DNA of 63,091 nucleotides, the filler included, from Stramenopiles sp. TOSAG23-2 (taxonomy: Eukaryota): assembly GCA_900128395.1 (NCBI GenBank). It is 12 parts of 12 records of this genome, joined end to end, with 100 filler letters (N's around TTAATTAATTAA, not from the genome) between each part and the next. Parts side by side here need not be neighbours in the genome. Positions count along the whole stretch, not along the records: positions 1 to 6,458 come from LT650461.1; positions 6,559 to 13,009 come from LT650462.1; 10 more parts are not named here. One strand, given 5' to 3'. The position numbers and the translations under genes were made by a program. Positions 1-9,900 of this stretch are shown piece after piece; position 1 is the first letter of the stretch; each line of letters starts with the position of its first letter. The notes beneath the pieces are model-generated. The model was not told where the DNA came from and made no database searches. It saw only the letters and a list, made by a program, of their open reading frames with translations.

Positions 1-423
1 CGGTATTTTCAATGTTTTTCGTTTGTTTTCATGTAATGAAATGAAAAATCCATCACGATAACAAGGAATTATTAAAATTTAGGTTGAAAATGTTGAAAAT
101 GATGAAATTTGATGGAAAATTTCCCTATTCATGGCCAAAACAACTATTTACTATTGAAAAAACAAAACGTTGCCAGATTATGCAAAATACAGGCAAATAA
201 AGCGTTCCCTCTTATTATTATTGACAAGAAGAAGGTCTAATGCAACTAATATTCATTTTTTTATTTTTCAATTTTCAAAAAAAAATCAAAGAAAAAGTGC
301 AAAAAGAATAGAACACAATTTGTTTCACATTTCATTGAAACATTATATATCATATTACATTATATTATATTGCATTATATTCCATTGTTTTCTACTCTTA
401 TATTTGATTCAAGAAAAAGATTT

Positions 424-1461
424 ATGACCATGATGATAAACCAACTCCCAGCTACTCCTAGTTATCATGATCAAAATGGCAACAGTCAATATCAAAATTT
501 AAGTTTAACATGGAAGTTAGAATCGCTATTGAAAAAAGACGAAAGTGCATTTGAATTTATTAAAAAATCATACGTATCATATCATGTAACTAGTCTACCG
601 TTTTTAGATACATTGTCTAGGCGCAAGGAAGGTTTGGCGTCTGGCAGTTTGGTATGTTTCGAAGGTGGGGCAGGTTCTGGTAAATCTGAGGTATTATTGC
701 AAGCTATTGCGAACTGTGCATTACCTGTTGAATTTGGTGGGAACGGTTCAAGTGTGCAATTTTTTAGTATTGATTCCAAATTCAATATAAACCGTCTTGC
801 TACTCTTTTAAGGTTCAGAATCTTATCTTCAAGCTCTTCGTCATTTACTGAAAGATTTAGAAATGAACCAAACCTATTACGAAAATTTATTGATGATTCA
901 CTTTCTCGTGTCACTGTATATTATCCAGAAAATACATCAGCGTTAATAATGTTATTACATCGTTTTTTATATGAACAAGAGAATATCAACATTGTTAGTA
1001 ATAATGGTGATAATAGCAACTACTATGATTCTTCTATTAGTGTGGAAGAAAGATGTAAAACAAAGCGTCCAACGTCACTTTTAGTGATTGATGGTATTGG
1101 GACAAAATACTATCCAAATAAAGTTTTTGAAGAACTTCATCCAAACAATATCCAGTCATCGTACTCATCCTCATCGTCATATAATATATCAAATGTATTA
1201 TCAAATTTAACAAAAATTTTGAAACAAATTATAACTCAAGAATCTTTGTCAATTTTGGTTGGGCAACAAGCTATATTTTCTTCAAATGGGAACAGGTCTG
1301 CTAATTACATGTCACGAGTATATTCCAGTATGAATGCAATTACCATTAGTCTTGAAAAATGTTTAAATAGTTTTGAACCTCAAGCAAGTTGCCATGTTGC
1401 ATCTGTACCAAATGGAAATACATATAAATTTTCAATTCAAAATGACGGAATAAAGTTCTAA
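424..1461 (+). CDS. XRCC2: RAD51 paralogue, XRCC2-like DNA repair protein
   Basis: Walker A GGAGSGKS followed by 'ANCALPVEFGG...VQFFSIDSKFNINRL', the XRCC2-type pattern, and Walker B-like LLVIDG. First ATG is at 424 (the track start at 370 is TTG). Confidence 0.8.
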   Translation: MTMMINQLPATPSYHDQNGNSQYQNLSLTWKLESLLKKDESAFEFIKKSYVSYHVTSLPFLDTLSRRKEGLASGSLVCFEGGAGSGKSEVLLQAIANCALPVEFGGNGSSVQFFSIDSKFNINRLATLLRFRILSSSSSSFTERFRNEPNLLRKFIDDSLSRVTVYYPENTSALIMLLHRFLYEQENINIVSNNGDNSNYYDSSISVEERCKTKRPTSLLVIDGIGTKYYPNKVFEELHPNNIQSSYSSSSSYNISNVLSNLTKILKQIITQESLSILVGQQAIFSSNGNRSANYMSRVYSSMNAITISLEKCLNSFEPQASCHVASVPNGNTYKFSIQNDGIKF

Positions 1462-2118
1462 AAATAATCCAGATTCTGATATTTTTTATCGTATACTCAC
1501 CAAATGCATATTCTCATAATCGAGAATACCAATGGAAGGTAAATAGATGCTATCAACTATAAAATGATACGAAGCTCGTATTATTATATTAATATAATAA
1601 TATATTACGAACGTAGAATATGATATATATATGATGGAGATGTTTTTATTATTTAAATATATTTTATAATATTTTACTCGTACATATTACTCGTATATCA
1701 TCTTGAAAAAAATACGAACGTAATTATAATTATTTTATTATTTATCAAAGCTACAAAAAGGCACAAACGTTCGACGTTCGTAGAAGTATCAAGTTGGATA
1801 TATGACAAAGTGTTGAGCTAAAGATTGACTATATTATTTGTGCGATATATCATAATAGATATATCATACTATAGTATGATATTGAGTGTAAATATACTAT
1901 CATATTCATCACCGGAGATGTAAAAATTATTTTACGATATCATATACATATATATAATATAATTATTCGTGTACGAAGTTCGTAACATTTTTNNNNNNNN
2001 NNNNNNNNNNNNNNNNNNNNNNNNNNNNNNNNNNNNNNNNNNNNNNNNNNNNNNNNNNNCATATATATAATATAATTATTCGTGTACGAAGTTCGTAACA
2101 TTTTTTTCAAATCATTTT

Positions 2119-3873
2119 TTAATACAAATGGGCTATTTTCCCATGTTGCTTTTTACCATTCCGACTAAACTTCTTCTGTTTAAATTTGTTATTACTATTT
2201 TTGTTTTTGTTTTTCTTGCTTTTACTGTAATGAGTATTATCCTTGTCGCTAGCATTGGGCCATTTAAATATTGATTCAAGTGGCTTTGGATAATCCTTCC
2301 CTATAACGCAACCTGATCGATTCATCTCATCCTTTGACATTTGCCAAGGTGCATGGATTTTGCTGACGGGAACTTTAGATAGTTCTGGAATCCAACGTTT
2401 GATATACTCTCCATATTTATCATAATCTTTTGATTGTTTCAAAATATTGAATCGATTTATACGGCCACCAAATAGACCCGCTGCAGCACACCAATTTCCA
2501 TAATTTGATCCAACGTCATGGTCTAACAAATGTTTTTCGAAATATCTTGCTCCCTTCCTCCAATCAACTCGTTGCTCTAGGGCAAGAAAACTTGCAACGT
2601 TCTGGCGACCTCGATTGGACATGAAGCCAGTAGCATTTAATTCACGCATATTTGCATCCACTAATGGCCATCCTGTTTGACCTTGTTTCCATTTCTCCAA
2701 TGTTGTATTTGATCCAGGCCAATTTCTTTGATAAAATTTATCATTAGCGCCTATAGGACCATGGATTTTAAAAATGTTATTGCCTTGCCTTACAGCTTGA
2801 AACGTAAAAAAGTCTCTCCACATCAATTCAAAGATCAACCAATACGTTGATTTATTCTTCGCTCGTTCTTTTTCATATTTTTGCACTTGAGCATAAATCA
2901 TTCGTGGAGATAGACATCCAGTAGCAAGCCACGGAGAAAATTTGGATGAGTATGCTTGTCCGAGCATACCATTACGTGTTTCTTTGTATAACCGCAAATG
3001 GTCTTGATCCCAGATCCAATCTTTCAGCCTTTGCAATGCAATTGTTTCCCCGCCTATAAATCTCTTATGTATGGAATCCTCCATTACACCCGCGGATGAT
3101 CCAGGATCATCCTTCTTCATTTTGGTAGCACCATTTACTTTACGCTCAAATCCTAAATCTTGAATTGGATTTGGTAGGAAGTTAAAACCGTCGGAATCGG
3201 CCAACCACTCTTGTTTCCACGTCTTTGCTTTGGTTTGGTTTGATGGAATCCATACTTCCTGTATGGGGGTACGATTATTCTCCACTTTTTGTCTCCATGG
3301 AGTGAATTTCAAATTTATAGCTTCAGGCTTAGCTCCAGGAGGCAAGTCACCTGGATGATACAATGTTTTATGCCAGATGCTTTCTAGCATCCCTGTATTA
3401 CTTTTGTGCAAATATGAACCTATGGAATTATCAATTTGTAATTCTTCGCTATATGGTTCCTTTGAAGTTAGTACGGTAGTAAACATGGCATGTTGTCCAT
3501 TATTATTATTATTATTCATTGAATTTGGTTGACTTAAAAGCTTAAAAATGACATCTTCTGTTTTTCCAACACTTAAATATAAACCAAGACCAAATTGTTC
3601 TTGTAAATTGGCCCGTAAATCAACAACGGATTCCAATAAAAAATTAAAACGTTTCAACGACATTCTCTCTTCCCCCCGTTTAGTCTTTCCTAAAAACCTA
3701 GGATCGAAACAGAATAAAGGTAATATAGGTTGAGATAAACTTAGTGCTTTTTTCAATACTAAATTATCATGTATACGTAAATCCGTTTGTTTGAACAATA
3801 ATATTAATCTTTTGTTTGCATGGGTTGATTTCTTCGACACTGTTCTAGCGCCAGCATTTACTATTGATGCCAT
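2119..3873 (-). CDS. CRY-DASH: Cryptochrome DASH (photolyase/cryptochrome family)
   Basis: DLRIHDN, YKETRNGMLG..YSSKFSPWLATGCLSPR, STYWLIFELMWRDFF and GFMSNRGRQNVASFL are diagnostic of the DASH clade. First ATG is at 3873; the upstream extension in the track is low-complexity UTR. Confidence 0.93.
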   Translation of the reverse strand: MASIVNAGARTVSKKSTHANKRLILLFKQTDLRIHDNLVLKKALSLSQPILPLFCFDPRFLGKTKRGEERMSLKRFNFLLESVVDLRANLQEQFGLGLYLSVGKTEDVIFKLLSQPNSMNNNNNNGQHAMFTTVLTSKEPYSEELQIDNSIGSYLHKSNTGMLESIWHKTLYHPGDLPPGAKPEAINLKFTPWRQKVENNRTPIQEVWIPSNQTKAKTWKQEWLADSDGFNFLPNPIQDLGFERKVNGATKMKKDDPGSSAGVMEDSIHKRFIGGETIALQRLKDWIWDQDHLRLYKETRNGMLGQAYSSKFSPWLATGCLSPRMIYAQVQKYEKERAKNKSTYWLIFELMWRDFFTFQAVRQGNNIFKIHGPIGANDKFYQRNWPGSNTTLEKWKQGQTGWPLVDANMRELNATGFMSNRGRQNVASFLALEQRVDWRKGARYFEKHLLDHDVGSNYGNWCAAAGLFGGRINRFNILKQSKDYDKYGEYIKRWIPELSKVPVSKIHAPWQMSKDEMNRSGCVIGKDYPKPLESIFKWPNASDKDNTHYSKSKKNKNKNSNNKFKQKKFSRNGKKQHGKIAHLY

Positions 3874-4595
3874 ACCTGGTATTAATATGTGTATATGTAT
3901 ATGTATATAAATATAAAAAGCTTGCAATAATCCGTCTTCTTCTCTCTCTCTATATATATTACAAGTGGATGAATACGAGAATGGAAAGATATGTAGTATA
4001 TATGTTCTTTCTACAAAAGCAGTATAACATACATCTATATTATTTTTTGTATAAGTAATATGATACGGTATTATACTTATACAGTACGCAAAAGCTCGCT
4101 GGGCAAAAAAGCGAGAGAGTCGTCCCATCAGCTGAGCACCTGAGATTTCCAGGATTTCCACAGCTTGTGATTTTAAATAGAATACTTCTTAGAATAATAA
4201 ATTTATAAATTATTTAGAATACTTTCTTCTTAGAATAAATTTATATAAATTATTTAGACCATTTTTTACCTTCCTCTCTTCACTATTCTTATGCTAAATA
4301 AACAGTGCTATGTTCTAGCACTTTTTTGAAGACTACTTTTTTAAGGGTTCCGAAACAGATTTGTAAAACTTATGCCAAGATCGGTTAGCATGCAATAGCA
4401 CTAAAACACAAATGTAAAGTTTCCAAGCTATTATTATTATTATTATTTATTAAATAATACTTTGTCGTGCCTTTATTATTTATTATAAAACTTACAGGTT
4501 TTGTTATAAATCACAAATAATGCAATATCCTAAATAAAACGAATTATATGCAACAAGCATAACATACAAATAATACTATTATTCTTTATTATAGA

Positions 4596-5273
4596 ATGTT
4601 AACAAGGCTCGCAAGATCATATACAACCAAACGATCGATTAAACATTACTATAAACATCCAAAATTATTATTTTTTCTACATAATAAAAAAATGTCTACA
4701 TTTCATGATTTGAACTTTAATGATACAGATGGAAATAACGTCTCTTTTAATCAATTCAAGGACAAAGTTGTTTATGTGACAAACGTAGCAAGTGCGTGAG
4801 GCAAAACTCGTCGTCATTACACTCAGTTACAAGTGTTGCATGAGGATTATAATGATGACGGCTTAGAGATTATTGCTTTTCCTTGTAACCAATTCGGTAG
4901 GCAAGAGCCAGGTACAGATAAAGAGATAAAGAACTTTACAAAGGAGAAATATAATTAGTAAGTACTGTAGTAGATATCTACTCTACTATACACAAAGGTT
5001 TCCATCTCCTCTCTAACAGACACAATACTTTCGTATACTACAACCCAAAGTAATGGCATACTCATGAAAAAATCAGATGTGAACGGTGATAATACGAATG
5101 ATGTTTATAAATGGCTAAAAGCCGCAGCAAGTGATGATTCTGATATTCGTTGGAATTTTGCTAGGATTTTTTTGATTGATCGATCTGGTACGAAAGTGAA
5201 ACAATTTGATGGTAAAAACCCATCAGATCTTATTAATGATATTGAAACTTTATTATCTGAAGGGAAAAAATAA
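4596..5273 (+). CDS. GPX: Selenocysteine glutathione peroxidase (GPx4/PHGPx-like); exons 4596-4957 and 5051-5273; Sec codon TGA at 4797-4799
   Basis: Reading through the TGA gives [46 protein letters not shown] 93-nt GTAAGT...CTAAC...AAAG intron (4958-5050) joins in frame to LMKKSDVNG...[12 protein letters not shown]. Catalytic U, Q and WN are all present. Confidence 0.93.
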
Positions 5274-5810
5274 TTATATGTATATATATATGTATATATA
5301 TATGATGTAATCAAAAAAAATAAAATTCGGTATGCATATAGTATATTAAAAGAAGAAAAACAACAATGATATGAAATGTCTTTAAAGAAAAAAAAAAAAG
5401 AAAAAATATGCGCTTATAAATATATAAAGATATATATATATATATACTATAATGGGTATATTAATATTTAATGTATCTAAAAGAAAAAAAAGAAAATGTT
5501 ATTATTTAATTGTAGTAGTTGTGGAAAACAGAGGAAAAAGAGTATAGTTTTGCAATAATTGTGCAATTGTTTAATTAACGTTGAAAAAAGTTATATATAT
5601 ATACATTTATGTGTGTACATGTGTATGTAATAGGACATTTTGTTGAGAAATATTTTTGCAAGAACAAAAATAAATAGGTCAAAAGTTAAAAAATTAAAAA
5701 ATTTTAATATCAGTATATTTTAAAATATAATATAATCAAATATTAATTAAGTTTATTATAAAAAATATACTCGTATATAATTGATATAAAATTATACACG
5801 ACGAAGTATT

Positions 5811-6036
5811 TGATTGGTTAAAATCTAAGTTATAATAATTTTACACTTCTCGCGTGTTAAAGTAATATGCTCAATACTCAATCACGAGAATAATATTCTA
5901 TCCTACTATCATAAATATGATAGTAAAGCTCTCATGCACCGCTGCAAACTAATACTCTGCAAGCACGAGTAGGATTCTATCCTTCCATCATGTCAAAATA
6001 TTGGCACACTCTGTGGATTTCAATGAACTCTATCGC
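5811..6036. repeat. Dispersed repeat family member
   Basis: About 5811-5883 nearly matches about 45268-45336 and 45609-45677. About 5995-6035 is the reverse complement of 13110-13150. The copies lie on different contigs. Confidence 0.8.
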
Positions 6037-6458
6037 AATGTTACAATTCATTGTCCATCTTTCAGTTTAGCGAGATAAAATATTTAATTGTCCCCCAGTT
6101 TATTGTAATTCTTTCTGGAGAGTAGGAATTATCATGAGTAAATTTAAAAAAATAAAGTTAGGCATCATTAATTATACTAACCGTATATTAAAATAAATAT
6201 TTTTTTAATGTACACCAAGTTATGCACTTTTAATTGAAATTAAATATTTTGATATTTAAAATATAATAAATAAGAGAATTATTTATATATATCATATCAT
6301 ATGCACATACGTATATATTTTTAAAATATATAAACGTATATATTAAGAGAACATTTTATATATATCCGACATGGAACACATCAGCAGGAATGACTCTATT
6401 CGTCGCACATCGGTTCAATCAAAAACAAATACAAAAACCGATAAACGAATTGAAAACT

Positions 6459-6558
6459 NNNNNNNNNNNNNNNNNNNNNNNNNNNNNNNNNNNNNNNNNN
6501 NNTTAATTAATTAANNNNNNNNNNNNNNNNNNNNNNNNNNNNNNNNNNNNNNNNNNNN
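6459..6558. other. Artificial contig linker (44N-TTAATTAATTAA-44N); also at 13010-13109, 19558-19657, 26094-26193, 32627-32726, 39156-39255, 45678-45777, 52186-52285, 58693-58792, 60160-60259, 61626-61725
   Basis: An identical 100-nt spacer with stops in all frames occurs 11 times. Contig lengths fall monotonically: 6458, 6451, 6448, 6436, 6433, 6429, 6422, 6408, 6407, 1367, 1366, 1366. Confidence 0.98.
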
Positions 6559-6967
6559 GGCAACTTTGGAAACCAGAGATTTTCCTTGCCAGTACCTCTG
6601 ACAAGGAAAAGTTGCAAAACTAATTCCAGGCATCCAGCATTCATACTGTATATTCATAAATCATCTGGAAATCTGGAAATATTAATAGTACTATAATACC
6701 TATATTATACAATATTATACCTATAATAAAAGTTAAAGTTAAAGTAGTAATACTTGGTATAACATTATTGTAATAATAAAAAATACTATAATAATAATAA
6801 AGCTGTTATTATTATAGCTTTGTTGCCTTTTTAGCATTACGATTATATCTATCATATATATATTTATTATGTATATAATATAATCATACATATATATATA
6901 AGAAAATACTCTCATAACTATATAGATAGATAGAGTAGAAAAACGGCTACACTTGTAACATAACATC

Positions 6968-9900
6968 ATGGTACGATGGGGCGATCCAAAAGCTACTGTC
7001 CGGCTTAAACCACTAACGAGAGAAGATGCATTGGAAAGGGGTTTAGTGCCAGCCCGAGTATCATGGGATAGTTATGAGGGTGAATGTTGCATACAGCAAA
7101 TAGCAATCACACATGGCATATATATATCACAAAGAGAAGTTAGGTCATGGCTTCAAAATGAAAGCTTTAATATTGATAAAAACGTTTCAAGTCTATTGAA
7201 TAAGTTACAATTTACATATGAAAAATTTAGTAGGAAAAAACGCAAAAATCCATCTTTTCAAGCTTTTATGGAATGGTGCACTCCGCATACACTTTTAAAT
7301 AACCCATGCATTGTTGAAGTGACAAAATTAAATTTAAATGAAGCTCGAAACATTGTTAAGGAAAGTAGAGAAACACATAGTAGATTGACCAGTCGCGGTA
7401 GTAGTCGCTCTAGTGCTAGGTCTAGCTCCGAAAAAGGCAACGGCAATACAAATAATGAAGATCCTGTTCCACTTATTAAAGCAGCGAAAAAAGCATTTTG
7501 GAATATAACAGGTTCTCTTCCAAATGGTGGTATGGATTTTTTAGCCATCAATACAAATTTAAGTGTTAGGAGCGCTTTGCGTACAATGGTAAGTCTCGGG
7601 TTGCCAAGCCGTATTACGGGTTTCACGGGTACCGATAAATTTGAAATTTCCGTCGATAGACATAGCATGAAAGCAGTTGTTATTACAGGTATTCGACAAA
7701 TTTCTACACATGACGGCCGTCCTCGTCTTCATCCAGTTGTGTTGGATATACTAAATGATAATTTAAAAGAACCAAATTATGAACTTGGTGAAAAAAAAGT
7801 TATGTATAAAGTTATTGTAAAAGCATGTAAACTAAAAGTTGGGCGTAAATATGTCTTATTTCGCTATCAAAACTTAAATGATGTGCCAACTGCTTTAAGT
7901 GAAGTTGCAGATAGCCGCCATGTCTCGGCACTTTATTTTCGCGCTTCGGAAGATACATGGTCTGTTAGGGATATCATAAATTCTGATTGTACAGCATATT
8001 ATAGATGTATGGAAGCTGTGGTGGGGGAAACAGAACGATTTTCGCCAATACGACCATATTCACCAGGTAAAAGTTCTGTCTCCGACCAAGACGACTATGA
8101 TGACTATGACGAAGAGGAAGGATATGATCATTTTAATGGTGTGTCGCCATCGCCTTTGTCTGGTGATTTTGTTCATGGAGTGCAACCAAAAAACAGGAAA
8201 AACGAAGGGAAAGTATACATTTTGAAAAGTAATAAAAAATTAGACAAGTTAGAAGAAGTTAATGAATTGCCAACGTTTATGAGAAAACGTAAGAAAAATA
8301 CTACAATTCCAAAAATAAAAAATGTTAATAGTAGTACCCCTAATAAAAAAACATCATCAGGTAAAAAGAAGCGGAATTTTAATATAACTGTACATATGGA
8401 AGGTGTAGAAATAACAATACCCTGTGGTGATGGTACTCAAAATTTAAAATGGTTAGCATTGACTGCTGCTGCTAGAATTGGGAGAATAACAAAAAGAGAT
8501 GGTAGAATAAGACAACGGGAAAATGTTGGGGCTTGTAAAGAGCTAAAATCAGTTCTTCCGTCAATGTTAAGTAGTTCCAAATGGTCGTTGCAAGAAGCAG
8601 AGGAACAATTAAAACATCGTCAAGGGGGTAACGGAAAATCTTCTTCCGACATGTTGGATCAAATCGGGGCTTCTTACAGCGTGGCGAGTAGAAATGATGT
8701 TTGGACACCAGAAAAATTAGCTCCGCAAGTTGCATTTTTCACAAAGGTTAAACAAGTCAAAGCATTGAAAATTGCTGGAAAAAAGCAAAAGGCGGCAAAA
8801 TTGTTACTTAAATCTGTAGCTTTAAAGAAAAAGAAACCCTTGTCTGCAACTAAGAAAGCAATGACTCCACCAATTGGTGAATGGGACAGTTCAAGACCTG
8901 GTTCAAAATCAAGAAGTAGACCAGGATCAAAATCAAGAAATAGAAGTCGCGGTTCCTCAAGACCCTCATCGAGGCCTAGGTCAAGGCCAAGATCTAGAGA
9001 AAGCAATAAAGGCAAAAGTCGCGGATCTAGTAGACCACGTACAAAAAAATCAGAAATTGGTGGTGTTTTTGACGGTGAAATGAATAAGAATACAAATCTA
9101 ATGGGTAAATTGGAAAATCAATTAAACAACTCTTTAAATATTAATGTGACAAATATGTTTGCTCCACCAAAACCATCTTCATCTGGTAATTACAATGACG
9201 ACGTTTCATCAGTCGTATCTTCGTACATACCAAGCACGCAAAGATCAAATGCTTCCAGTGTACCAAGTGGAATGTTTAATAATAAAGCACCTATTAATCC
9301 GGAGTCTAAAATTCGAGACTCGTTAAAATCAGATAGTCATATTTGGGCAGAATTATTTGATGGTAATAATGTGTCAATATCGACGTGGATGGATGATGCT
9401 TTTTACCACTCGAAAAACAAAGAAAGAACTGATAAAGTTAGAAAAAAAGCAAATGCAATTGCTATCCGAGAAAAAATGTATTGGGCAATGGTTGCAGCTA
9501 GAAAACGGGTTGATAAAGCAAGAGATGAAACTAGTAACGCTACTAATTTGATTGATAGTGCTGTTCGTGAAGTAATCAATAGAACTATGCATATTGGTGA
9601 ACATTTTGCTTTGATGTTAAGAAAATTCATGAAAAAATTTTGTAAATTGACTAAAATCGAAGCAAAACATCGAAATATTGCTCAACAAACTTTAAGTATC
9701 TTAAAAACGTTGCCTGCAGCTATTGAACAAATGCATGTAAAGCAAGATTTAAAAAGTGCAATCGTAGCACTAAAATTGGTTGAAAGATCCGTAATGAAAG
9801 CAGAAGAAATTATTGGTAGTAAAGAAAAATTTGAAGATCCACCGAAAGACAATTTACATGGTTTATTAAAAGATTTAAAACCACTGTTAAAAATGATTAA

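Noticed and set aside
4797-4799. Genome-wide TGA reassignment
   Set aside because: TGA ends several intact genes in this window; read-through is needed only at the GPx catalytic position.
6503-6514. TTAATTAATTAA recurring about every 6.5 kb, resembling a periodic genomic signal
   Set aside because: It is always embedded in 44 N on each side; it is a concatenation linker, and the period reflects size-ordered contigs.
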